The notes beneath the pieces are model-generated. The model was given only the letters and a program-made list of their open reading frames with translations, searched no databases and had not been told where the DNA came from. From Gemmatimonadota bacterium (GTDB lineage Bacteria; Latescibacterota; UBA2968; UBA8231), in assembly GCA_038153405.1 (NCBI GenBank), contig JAYOYH010000014.1, positions 6,655 through 55,579 of the forward strand: DNA of 48,925 bases. Reading direction: 5' to 3'. This document shows positions 8,841 through 18,003 of this stretch, one piece after another. Within the stretch, counting starts at the first letter, position 1, and each line of letters begins with the position of its first letter. Position numbers and translations under genes: made by a program.

Positions 8841-9311
8841 ATGGCGCAGGGGGCGATCGGATTCATCGAAACCCGCGGCCTAGTCGGCGCAATAGAGGCC
8901 GCCGACGCTGCGGCCAAGGCCGGCTCGGTCGACCTGCTGGCTTTTGAGCAGGTCGGCGGCGGCTTGGTCTCGGTGCGCTTTCGCGGCGACGTGGCCGCTG
9001 TGCAAGTCGCCGTTCAGGCGGGCGTGCAAGCGGCCAAACGACTCGGCGAAGTGATAAGCCACAACGTCATACCCTCACCCCATGCCGACCTGTTGGCCAC
9101 GCTGGTAAAGCAGCCCGCAGCGCCGCGCGCCGTTCGGCCTACTCCCGTCGCACCGGCTCATCCCGAGCAACTCGGCGACGTGCCCGTTGCGCGCCTGAGA
9201 CAACTCGTCCGCCAACTGCCGGATCCCCAGCTCAAAGGTAGAGAGGTCTCGCGCGCCAATAAAAAGGCCCTCATTGCCGAGTTAGAGCGCGCCCATCGAG
9301 AGTCCAGATAA
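8841..9311 (+). CDS. Bacterial microcompartment shell hexamer protein (BMC-H, PF00936-like) with a C-terminal extension
   Basis: AIGFIETRGLVGAIEAADAAAKA...GDVAAVQ.AV.AG...VIPSPH, then a Pro/Ala linker and a basic helical tail. Confidence 0.92.
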   Translation: MAQGAIGFIETRGLVGAIEAADAAAKAGSVDLLAFEQVGGGLVSVRFRGDVAAVQVAVQAGVQAAKRLGEVISHNVIPSPHADLLATLVKQPAAPRAVRPTPVAPAHPEQLGDVPVARLRQLVRQLPDPQLKGREVSRANKKALIAELERAHRESR

Positions 9312-9315
9312 AATC

Positions 9316-9630
9316 ATGTTAGACAATATAGCGAAGAGCCTGCGAGAAAGCTTTCACATCGCCGCCGACCTAGCCGGCGATATGACCCGGGTCGCACGCG
9401 CGCGGCTCGATATCGCCTCTACCAAAAAGCAGATTCGGCGCACGCAGTCGGCGCTGGGGGCCTACGTTCATCAGAATCTGTCGCAGGACGACTTAGCCAA
9501 CCAGCCTCAGGTTCAAGCGTGGGCGAGCGAATTGGACCAACTGCTGCGCGAATTGGACCAACGCCAGGCAGCGCTTGCAGAGTTGCAGCGCCAACAGGCC
9601 ACACCCGAGCAGGACGAAGAGCTGTATTAG
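9316..9630 (+). CDS. Hypothetical coiled-coil protein (104 aa)
   Basis: Starts 4 nt after the BMC gene; heptad-like helical sequence. Confidence 0.75.
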   Translation: MLDNIAKSLRESFHIAADLAGDMTRVARARLDIASTKKQIRRTQSALGAYVHQNLSQDDLANQPQVQAWASELDQLLRELDQRQAALAELQRQQATPEQDEELY

Positions 9631-9661
9631 ACTGGGAGAGTGCGAGCGCCCGACGGGCAGC

Positions 9662-10861
9662 TCAGGATGGATTCTTCCGTTTAACCGCGACTTTTCGGCC
9701 GTCTACCACGCGATACAATCGACCGTCTTTGGTCCGGTACACCTTGCCTTCCTGTAGCTTGTTCTTGGCTTCTCTTTTCTTCTCGGCGACCTTCTTACTG
9801 GCCTTCTTTACTTCTGGAACGGCGTTGTCGAACGGCAACGAGTCAACATCGTCGTCCATCCCGTCGGGGGTTTCTTCCTCATCAAACGCCGAACTCCAAG
9901 CAGCTAACTGCTCTTCCATCTCGGTGCGATGGCGCTCGGCCATCTCCTCTTCCGAAGGCTGCGGCCAGTTGAGAAAAAAATCTTCCACCGCCACCGACAG
10001 GATCGTTCCCTTGAGGTAGCGCTCGAACGTAGACGCTACGATATGCGCACTGAGCGCATCGATATCGGGCGCGTTCTCACTCAGCCACATCTCGACAATT
10101 TCGTGCAGCAGGAGGGCATCTAGTAGCGTAAATCGCTCGATGCCGCCTGTGGCCATCGAATCTTGATCCCAGCTCTCGAGCACTTCGCGCACACCCGTGA
10201 CCAGATGGATATCCCCTTCGCGCTCGTAAGCGACCGTCTTGCTGGCAGCCAGTTCCAACAAATCGGTGCTGCGCACGTCCTCGAAAGCGTGACCAATAAT
10301 GCGAAACCCCTTTTCATTGGTCGGACTGAGCCTATCGGCCAGCAGGCGTCCCACGTGCGCGGGCTGGTGGATGATATAGTCGAGCAGAGATTCTTGCGTA
10401 GGTGTCCACGCATCGGCCAGGCGCTTGATCTGAGACCGCAAATTAGCGGTGAAATCGTCGCCTTCCGGCTCGACAAAGATCGCGGCTATTTTGGCTTTTT
10501 TCTGTTCGGGACTGTCTATCGAGCGAAACTTGAACGAGCCCAGTGCCTGGAGCACGGCCACCCGACTGCGCATATCCTCAGGAGCAAAATCCAGCAGAGC
10601 CTGAAAAAATGTGCACATGCCGTCTTCGTCGGTCCAGGATCTGAACTCGCCCGGCGTGCGCTTGAGCGAATCCATCTCGCCGTACAGCCCTCTGACGATA
10701 TCGGCATACGCGCCGGTGCCCTCGATGCTGTTGTAGAGCTCTTCACCGCCGCCTTCGGCCTTCTCCGCGGCTTCTACAACCTGCGCTTCAGCCGGTTCCC
10801 TACCACCGTACCAGGCTCGTACCCTGCGCGTTTTGTCGCTTGCCATCCAATCCATTGCCAT
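9662..10861 (-). CDS. Hypothetical protein (399 aa) with an HExxE...H motif and an acidic then basic tail
   Basis: Long ORF filling the gap, with an AT-rich upstream region. Motif LLHEIVE...AHIVA. Confidence 0.8.
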   Translation of the reverse strand: MAMDWMASDKTRRVRAWYGGREPAEAQVVEAAEKAEGGGEELYNSIEGTGAYADIVRGLYGEMDSLKRTPGEFRSWTDEDGMCTFFQALLDFAPEDMRSRVAVLQALGSFKFRSIDSPEQKKAKIAAIFVEPEGDDFTANLRSQIKRLADAWTPTQESLLDYIIHQPAHVGRLLADRLSPTNEKGFRIIGHAFEDVRSTDLLELAASKTVAYEREGDIHLVTGVREVLESWDQDSMATGGIERFTLLDALLLHEIVEMWLSENAPDIDALSAHIVASTFERYLKGTILSVAVEDFFLNWPQPSEEEMAERHRTEMEEQLAAWSSAFDEEETPDGMDDDVDSLPFDNAVPEVKKASKKVAEKKREAKNKLQEGKVYRTKDGRLYRVVDGRKVAVKRKNPS

Positions 10862-10942
10862 CGCTGATCACTTTGCTACGAGGCGTATACAGTGACACCT
10901 AAGTGTCTTATATAACTAAATTTAACAAAATTCGATATTTCT

Positions 10943-11983
10943 TCAAGCCGTTTCCCACACGCGCAGGCCAAAGCGGCTGAGATATATAGCTATATTCTGG
11001 AACAAAGGGTTAGCTCCTTCGATCTCTTCGATCAGGCTTCGCTTCTGCGAAGAATCGCCGCCCATCAGCAGCGTCAGCGAACCGCCGTCGCCTCCGGCGC
11101 CGTTGACTTTCCAGCCCAGCGCCCCAGCGCGCCGCGCCCGCTCGATAATATCGTGCGCATCGGCCGACACGAGTTCGGGATGCAGGCGCATCTGCGCCTC
11201 GGTATTATCGATCATGGCCTGTCCCAGAGCATGGAAATCGCCGGCATACACCGCATCGCGCGAACGACCGGCCGTGCGGCGCAAGTCTTCCATGCGCACG
11301 TCGTCGGGCGGCGCCCCCTCGAGATCGGCGATGACCTTCTCGTGCACCTGGGAAGAGGAGTGCGACTTGCCGAGAAAGATCAGCGCCATGCGCCGCTCCA
11401 TTTCCCACCAAATCGCGTTGGAAACGTGCAACTGAGACACCGAGGCGTGCGGATACTGATACATCTCGATGTAATTGATACCACCGAAGGCTGAACACAG
11501 CTGATCCTGTATGCCGCACTGCTGTCCGAGCATCTCCGTTTCGACGCGCTGCGCGGTTTGCGCCACTTCGTAGGGCGTCATCCGCCCAGGCGTCAGCAGG
11601 TCGAGCGCGCCGATTAGGGCCACGGTAACAGACGCCGACGTGCCGGTAGAGGCGCCGGCCGGCGCCTCGGAGAAGACGCTCACTTCAAAAGCTACCTCGT
11701 CCGGCACGTTCATGTATTCGACCGCCGCCTCTAATAGCGGATGATGGGTCCAGTCGGGCCGACCTCTTTCCACCACAAAGCGCTGACCGTAGTTCTCGGC
11801 GTGAATGACGAGGCGGTGTTCGACGTCTTCGCGGCGAAATACCTTGAGCTGCGCTTCGGCATAGGGATATACGCCGATATTGAAAATCGCTCCGTACTCG
11901 GCAAACCACGTATCGGTCCACCCACCGTTATCGCAGATGCGGATAGGCGCTACGCTGTTGATAATTCGTATCGGTTCGGCCAT
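10943..11983 (-). CDS. GHMP-family sugar kinase (HddA / D-glycero-D-manno-heptose-7-phosphate kinase-like)
   Basis: APIRI...GGWTD, PAGASTGTSAS, GIQDQ...AFGG and KVNGAGGDGG. Confidence 0.85.
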   Translation of the reverse strand: MAEPIRIINSVAPIRICDNGGWTDTWFAEYGAIFNIGVYPYAEAQLKVFRREDVEHRLVIHAENYGQRFVVERGRPDWTHHPLLEAAVEYMNVPDEVAFEVSVFSEAPAGASTGTSASVTVALIGALDLLTPGRMTPYEVAQTAQRVETEMLGQQCGIQDQLCSAFGGINYIEMYQYPHASVSQLHVSNAIWWEMERRMALIFLGKSHSSSQVHEKVIADLEGAPPDDVRMEDLRRTAGRSRDAVYAGDFHALGQAMIDNTEAQMRLHPELVSADAHDIIERARRAGALGWKVNGAGGDGGSLTLLMGGDSSQKRSLIEEIEGANPLFQNIAIYLSRFGLRVWETA

Positions 11984-12059
11984 ATATACCGCTCTCCCTC
12001 TCCGTCCTACCTATACCATCGGTGAAAAAGGGCATAAACTGAAGTTTTGCCGGCGCTGC

Positions 12060-12800
12060 TCAGCGGGTAAAAATCGTGCCGCGCACGTAGGATCCCTCTT
12101 CCGAAGCGAGAAAAGCCAGTATGCGCGCTACGCCAATAGGCTCGCCCAAATTGGCACTGCGCTGGGCCGCCTCCGGATCCTGTCCGCTGGCCACCGCTCC
12201 TTGTGCGACATTCTCCAGCTTGAGAGGCGTGGCAATGCCGCCGGGGCAGATCACGTGCAGGCGCACGCCCTTGGGGGCCAATTCCTGCTCCATCTTGTAG
12301 TGCATACCGTGCATGCCCGCCTTGCTGGCAGCATAGGCGTAGGAGGACGATCCACCGCGCACCCCCGCGCCCGAAGCGATGAGCAGCAGCACCGACTCGC
12401 CGGCCTTTTCCAACAGCGGTGCCACGTATTTAACGGTCAGAAACGTACCCTTGAGATTGGTGTCTATCGTCGCGTCCCAATCTCCTTCATCTAATTCGTC
12501 TATCCGCTTAAAGGCTCCTTTTAAAACGCCGGCTGCCACCACGGCAACATCGACCTTGCCACGCTCCGATCCCACCTGCGCGACCGAACGCGCTACGCTC
12601 TCCTCGCTGCGCACATCGGTCGCGTAGAACTTCGCCTGTCCGCCGGCCTGGGCAATCGCCTCGACAGCGGCGTTTCCTTGGACCTCGTTGTAGTCGATGA
12701 TGTGCACTAGGGCGCCCTCGGCCGCGTAGAGCTCAGCCGTGGCCCGTCCAATACCCGTAGCACCGCCGGTTACCAGGGCAATTTTTCCACTCAGTTTCAT
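12060..12800 (-). CDS. Short-chain dehydrogenase/reductase (SDR)
   Basis: TGGATGIG, NLKG, YAASK and ICPG. ATG 12800 has an AAGGA RBS. Confidence 0.92.
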   Translation of the reverse strand: MKLSGKIALVTGGATGIGRATAELYAAEGALVHIIDYNEVQGNAAVEAIAQAGGQAKFYATDVRSEESVARSVAQVGSERGKVDVAVVAAGVLKGAFKRIDELDEGDWDATIDTNLKGTFLTVKYVAPLLEKAGESVLLLIASGAGVRGGSSSYAYAASKAGMHGMHYKMEQELAPKGVRLHVICPGGIATPLKLENVAQGAVASGQDPEAAQRSANLGEPIGVARILAFLASEEGSYVRGTIFTR

Positions 12801-12819
12801 GGGACTTTCCTTTCTCTGT

Positions 12820-14092
12820 TTAACGTTGCCAAATTCGCAGGCGCTGGCCATCGTGCCCGGCGCCGACTAACGCGCTGCCATCGCTCAAAACAGCAGCGGC
12901 TATATTCGTCGTCATTGTTCCGCCCAGCGCCACCTGCCACAGGCGCCGCGCACCGCCGTCGGTGCGCCCGATAGCGGCCAAATGGGTGCGCGCCTGGTTG
13001 GGCAGCAGCAGTTCGAGCGCACCGTCGCCGTCAAAGTCGCCGACCAGCCCCATATCGAGGTTGCGCGTTCCGACGACGTGCGAGGTAAAACCATCCAACT
13101 GCGCGGCGACTTGCAAACGACCGGCACGGCGGGCGTAAAACTCGACAATACCCCCTATGTGCGGCGTGCGCACGGCGACCAATTCGCCCTCGCCCCCTGC
13201 CAGCGGAGCCCACGCCAGGACATGCCGCCAGCGGAAGCCGCTGCCCACGGGATCGCTCGTGGCCAGCTCTGTTCCGTCTTCGGCAAATATCGCCACGCGC
13301 GCCCCAGCGCGCTCATCGCTGAGCGTCGCTATGATTTCGCGCTGACCATCGCCGTTCCAATCGACCCAGAGCGGCGCCAGCCCCTCGGCCACCAAGGGCG
13401 GCGAGAAGTCGATCTGCGCCTCTACTCGCAGCGCGCCCGCCGTGGCGATGATAGCCACACCACCCGCCTCGACCGCGTCGCCGAGCACGCCGTGTGCGTA
13501 GCGCGTCGTCGGGTGGTTGTACAGCGCGATCCGCCCACCTTCATCGACGAGCAAGCGCGCATCGGGCAGCGGATCGACGAATAGGCGCTCCTGGCCGTCG
13601 GCAGCGGACACGACGAGGTGGCCGCTGCGATCAATATGCGCTATGCGCTCATCGGGCAAAACGACCGGATGGGAAAACGGCGCGGCCATCTCATTGCCAA
13701 CCATGACGCGCGCGCGCAATGCGGCTTCCACCGAAAGGGCGGGCGGCATGCCTGCGGGCAGTTGTTCGCTTCCCACGCCTACGGGTGCGTACGTCCCATC
13801 GGCTAGGCGGAAAGCCTGCACGCGCCCGTCGTCCAATATCACTACCCACACGCTGCTGCGACCGGTGGGTGCTGCGACGACCCACTCTGGCACGCCGTCG
13901 AGCGCTATATCCACTACGCGCGCGTCCGGCAGGGCTCCGCGCCCCTCGACTAGGCGATTGCCGTCGGCGCGATGATACGTGTAGGCGGCGTTTTGCACCA
14001 GACCAAAATCTACGACCGCAGTTTCACCCCCTGCAACCGTCTGCACAGAGCCGTCTCCGCACCCTAACGCAAGCAGGACACACCCAAGCACC
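12820..14092 (-). CDS. Exported/lipoprotein with FG-GAP/VCBS-like repeats (probable beta-propeller); start uncertain
   Basis: LLALGC lipobox-like sequence; DWNGDGQREI and DFDGDGALEL repeats. ORF is open to 14193. Confidence 0.75.
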
Positions 14093-14187
14093 TTGAGTAC
14101 AGCGCCAACAGAAATGACCGCACGGATATTGCCCAAACGACACGCTGGGCTATGTTCTCTTGTCGACACCAACCTACTCAAAATGCA

Positions 14188-15210
14188 ATGCACATAAGAG
14201 ATACAAACCGCTCTGTAGGTCGCTGGCTGCTCTGCATCTGCGCATTGATCGCCATTCTCATTGTCTTTGGCGGCTGGGTGCGCCTGACGCGCTCGGGGCT
14301 ATCGATTGTCGAATGGAACGTAATCACTGGCATTATCCCCCCGCTTAGCGAGGGAGACTGGCACAGCGAGTTTGCCAAGTATCGACAGTCGCCAGAGTAT
14401 CAAAAAATAAATGCCGGCATGCCACTGGAAGAGTTCAAGTTCATCTACCACATGGAATTTTGGCATCGCTTCTTGGGGCGTATCGCCGGCCTTAGCTACG
14501 TGTTGCCCCTGCTCTACTTCATGCAGCGCGGCATCATCCAGCGCGCGCAGGTGCCCACCTATCTGGGCATTGGCCTGCTCTTTGCCCTGCAGGGACTCGT
14601 CGGATGGCTAATGGTCAAGAGCGGTCTGGAAGACCGCCCCAGCGTAAGCCATGTGCGCCTAACGCTGCACCTGAGCTGTGCCCTGCTGCTGCTGGCGGCC
14701 TGTCTCTGGCAGGCCTTTCAACACCTGTTGCCGCGCGTGCGCTGCAGTTCGCCCAATTCGCTGTGGCGACCGAGTGCGCTGTTCTTTGCCGCGCTCTGCC
14801 TGCAAATTGTCGGCGGCGGCTTCGTGGCCGGCTTAAAAGCCGGCTATATATCGGACACGTTTCCCCTGATGTTCGGCCAACTGGTTCCCAGTGGCCTGTT
14901 CAGCCAATATCCCGCTTGGATCAACCTGCTCGACAACGCCGCCACGGTGCACTTCCAGCACCGCTGGTTCGCCTTTGTCGTGCTGGGATTAGCCGGCTGG
15001 CTCTACTACAAGGGGCGCGCTCCAGACTCCCCCCCCCTGCTGCGCCGCAGCACGCAGGCCGTACTGGCCATTTGCCTGCTGCAGGTATTACTGGGCATCG
15101 CCACCGTGCTGGGCGGCATGCCGATTGCCGTAGCGTCGCTGCACCAAGCCACGGCAGTCGCTCTGTTCAGCGCGGGGCTATTCACCTGTTATTGTTCGTC
15201 CCGCACCTAG
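14188..15210 (+). CDS. ctaA: Heme A synthase (COX15/CtaA type 2)
   Basis: GGWVRLTRSGLSIVEW, EFWHR, QG.VGW.MVKSGL, RL.LHL, VHFQHR and SLHQ. Confidence 0.95.
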   Translation: MHIRDTNRSVGRWLLCICALIAILIVFGGWVRLTRSGLSIVEWNVITGIIPPLSEGDWHSEFAKYRQSPEYQKINAGMPLEEFKFIYHMEFWHRFLGRIAGLSYVLPLLYFMQRGIIQRAQVPTYLGIGLLFALQGLVGWLMVKSGLEDRPSVSHVRLTLHLSCALLLLAACLWQAFQHLLPRVRCSSPNSLWRPSALFFAALCLQIVGGGFVAGLKAGYISDTFPLMFGQLVPSGLFSQYPAWINLLDNAATVHFQHRWFAFVVLGLAGWLYYKGRAPDSPPLLRRSTQAVLAICLLQVLLGIATVLGGMPIAVASLHQATAVALFSAGLFTCYCSSRT

Positions 15211-15213
15211 CCT

Positions 15214-15729
15214 CTACCCCTCATCGCCAATAGAGGCGACCAATACATCTAACAGGCGCTGTAGATCTCGATGGCGCTTTGCTGCGAAACTGCTCCACGC
15301 GGCGCGCGCGGCGGCGTACGAAGCGATAAAACCCACAATTCCGATAAGCGCCATCCCCTCGATCGTACTTGGCTTAAACGCAAAGCCACCGATGGCCGCC
15401 GCCATGAACATTCCAGAAAACAGTATGGCAAAGAAGGCGAAAAACGTCATCGCTGCGTAGTCTGCGCGAATGCGCACGCACGCGCTCCCCTCTTCGTTTT
15501 GCGCGACGACTTGCAGCGCTTCGACATCGCTGCGATTGCGCCAGTCCAAGCGCTCGCCCGACTCGAGAATCTGTCCGCGCCGGTGCGTGAGGCGCGTTAT
15601 GAGTTCAACGAATGCCACGTGGCGCTCAGCCGCCAGCGGCTCCTCGCTGTGCCCAGACAAATCAAAGCGCATGGGCGCACCCAATAGGGCGCTTATCCAA
15701 GCGGCGTGTCCACTATTCACATCGGACAT
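15214..15729 (-). CDS. Hypothetical membrane protein (2 C-terminal TM helices)
   Basis: Soluble alpha/beta-like N-terminal part, two hydrophobic segments and an amphipathic tail; 9 nt downstream of the SGNH gene. Confidence 0.7.
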   Translation of the reverse strand: MSDVNSGHAAWISALLGAPMRFDLSGHSEEPLAAERHVAFVELITRLTHRRGQILESGERLDWRNRSDVEALQVVAQNEEGSACVRIRADYAAMTFFAFFAILFSGMFMAAAIGGFAFKPSTIEGMALIGIVGFIASYAAARAAWSSFAAKRHRDLQRLLDVLVASIGDEG

Positions 15730-15738
15730 GGCTGGTCG

Positions 15739-16455
15739 CTATATCATTTCGTTGGCGGTCAAAAAGCCGCGCAGGCTGGACAATACATTTTCCTTCATGA
15801 TTAAATAGCCTCTGCCGTTGGGATGCAGTTCGTCAAACATGAGTTGGGCCTCCCACCATATGCCCTCAAAGAGGTATTCGACGATTGGCAACTGATACTG
15901 ATTAGCCAGGTCGACCGCCATGGCGTGATAGGCTATCAAGGGCTCTGACATGGACTGCAGCCGATGCCCTGCCGGCGTGCGCTCTACCATGCTAGGGTGC
16001 AGTGCGCTGAGCAAAACCACGGCGCTCCCCGCCGCGTGCAAGCGCTCAATCATCTGCTGCAGATTGGCACGCGCTTCTTCTACCGGCACGCCCTGTATCA
16101 TATCGTTTGCCCCGTACTCGAGCAGGACCAGCACGGGTTCGTGCTGCAGCGCAGCGCTCAGCAGCACGAGCCCATCGCGCGTAGTCGATCGGGGCTGTGC
16201 CAAGTTGACGATGGGCAGGCGCAGATCGGCGTTCAGCAGCGTCGGATAAGCCGAGTCGCCCGCACAGGGGACGCGCGGAGGCAACACCTTGCAGCCCGAA
16301 CCATAGCCAAAGGTCAAGCTGGTGCCCATTGCAACGATCACATCGCCTTCGAGCCATTCGATGCGCGCAGGCTGACCGGGATCCACCGCGTTGGGCCCAT
16401 CTCCAGAACAGCCCTGCAGAGCAACGCAGAATGCGAAGAAAGCGAAGTAACGCAT
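15739..16455 (-). CDS. SGNH/GDSL hydrolase lipoprotein (TesA/arylesterase-like)
   Basis: Lipobox LQGC, block I GTSLT, block III GAND and block V DELHPN. Start is ATG 16455 or 16464. Confidence 0.88.
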   Translation of the reverse strand: MRYFAFFAFCVALQGCSGDGPNAVDPGQPARIEWLEGDVIVAMGTSLTFGYGSGCKVLPPRVPCAGDSAYPTLLNADLRLPIVNLAQPRSTTRDGLVLLSAALQHEPVLVLLEYGANDMIQGVPVEEARANLQQMIERLHAAGSAVVLLSALHPSMVERTPAGHRLQSMSEPLIAYHAMAVDLANQYQLPIVEYLFEGIWWEAQLMFDELHPNGRGYLIMKENVLSSLRGFLTANEMI

Positions 16456-16673
16456 CACGCGCATTTTCCTAGGCCGGCATCCAGCGGCTCGACCTGTTGT
16501 AGTGACGCGATATTGCGCGGCTCTTGCCACAGGCTAACCTCAACGTCAAACAGCACGACGGTGCACATCCCGCACTCGGCGATATCGCGCATAATGGAAT
16601 CGTCCTCATCAACGGAGAGACCGCGAAATCCAACCATAAGCACCGGCCCTATATGGCGCTCTAATTCCACCAA
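16455..16673 (-). pseudogene. 5' fragment of a glycoside hydrolase family 3 (NagZ-like beta-N-acetylhexosaminidase)
   Basis: LERHIGPVLMVGFRG....IMRDI.....VVLFD......RNIASLQQV matches the GH3 N-terminus. It stops after 72 aa, before the DQEGG/KHFPG motifs. Confidence 0.65.
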
Positions 16674-16739
16674 TTCGCTCCCCCGCGAAACGTCCGCATG
16701 GAGCTCGAACAGCTCGTGCCAACCCGTCGAAGACCGGAC

Positions 16740-17468
16740 TCATGCGGACCGATATCGATTCTCGACGATGATTCGCACTGCGCCGCTGTGCGGATCGATG
16801 TGGCGCACGGCCAGAGAAATTTTGTTGTCGCCATCTAGCTGCGACCAAAAATACTGGGCAATCTCTGTTGCTCCGCCCGACAGAGCCAAAACGTAGGGCG
16901 CGCCGTCAAACGAAGGCAGCGGGTTGCCGTCGCCGCTGTACGTGGTTATGGCATAGCCACTGCCAGTCGGCACGTCGTCATAGCGAAAAAAGTGGCGCTC
17001 CGAAGCGTCGTCGCGAAATGGACTCTTCTTTACGATAGAGAGCCAGCATACGCCGGCATCCAGATCGGTGCATCCCGAAATGCGCGGCGTAAAGTTGGGC
17101 GCATCGGGCTCGTGATGCCACGCCGTGAGCGAGTCAGCAAAAGACGCACCCGCTTCCAACCCCTGCCAAATCGCATCTGTCTGCACGCCATTGCTCACGA
17201 CAAAGCGGCGACCGCTGGTGCGCATGGCATTGTATATGATGAGCGAGGGATCTTCGACTTTTGTCGGATCGGCAGCCTGTGTGCGCAATATATCTTCATC
17301 GCAGACAAAGATGCGGTTGCGGCTATTTTCGCTGCGCCCCATGATCCAGTACACCTGTATCCACGCTCCGTCATCCGCCCGTCCAAGCACTATACCGCGA
17401 CCAGGATACGAATTTTTCGCCAGGCGTTCGCGCATATTATTAGCTGCCAGCGATTGAGACATCACCAC
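16740..17468 (-). CDS. Stand-alone IMP cyclohydrolase (PurO-like, Ntn fold)
   Basis: YPGRGI, YWIMGRSENSRNR, DPSLIIY, SNG.QTD and EPDAPNFTPRISG; AGGAGG RBS. Confidence 0.9.
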   Translation of the reverse strand: MVMSQSLAANNMRERLAKNSYPGRGIVLGRADDGAWIQVYWIMGRSENSRNRIFVCDEDILRTQAADPTKVEDPSLIIYNAMRTSGRRFVVSNGVQTDAIWQGLEAGASFADSLTAWHHEPDAPNFTPRISGCTDLDAGVCWLSIVKKSPFRDDASERHFFRYDDVPTGSGYAITTYSGDGNPLPSFDGAPYVLALSGGATEIAQYFWSQLDGDNKISLAVRHIDPHSGAVRIIVENRYRSA

Positions 17469-17548
17469 CTCCTAACCAATGTATTTCTGCGCGGAATATA
17501 CCATAAGACCTACGGGACAACAACGCCCACACCACCTTTGCCAAACGC

Positions 17549-17596
17549 AAAACGGCGGCGTTTCCACACAGGGGATCTGCTTGGGAAACGCCGCCG
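17549..17596 (-). terminator. Intrinsic terminator after the 65-aa gene
   Basis: 13-bp CGGCGGCGTTTCC/GGAAACGCCGCCG stem followed by TTTT on the minus strand. Confidence 0.75.
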
Positions 17597-17639
17597 GGCA
17601 CATGTCCTAATCCAGCGCGCGAAAATGTGACTTGGCGTA

Positions 17640-17837
17640 TTAAGCGCTGCGCTTCAACACGGGCAAACCGTTCTTGCTTTCGGATACTTCATATCCGGCC
17701 GGCACGCTGTCTAAAACCCCTTCTTTCTCCGTTTTAGCAAAGAAGTAAATCGTTTGCGTATTGCCGTTTTTCAGCGTCGTAGTCCGCGAGTGCAAGATAT
17801 AAGTCGACCCTTTTGAATTGGTGTATGTGAAGGCCAT
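17640..17837 (-). CDS. Small conserved-looking hypothetical protein (65 aa, MAFTYTNSKG...GLPVLKR)
   Basis: AAAGGAG RBS before ATG 17837, beta-rich sequence and its own terminator. Confidence 0.85.
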   Translation of the reverse strand: MAFTYTNSKGSTYILHSRTTTLKNGNTQTIYFFAKTEKEGVLDSVPAGYEVSESKNGLPVLKRSA

Positions 17838-18003
17838 TAGCGGCGCTCCTTTGAAAGCGGTGCCGCAACTGCGTACTATCCGCGCGGTGGGGCGCGCCCC
17901 GTTACGACACCCGTGCGACAGAGGGGGTGTTGGGTACAAAGCTAGCGTTTCCCTACAATTGCGCAACCAGATTTTCCCACCTGCAGCGAAAGGCGATATC
18001 TGC

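Noticed and set aside
17469..17548. Possible ZTP (pfl) riboswitch upstream of the IMP cyclohydrolase
   Set aside because: The leader after the promoter is only ~20 nt and has no recognisable consensus.
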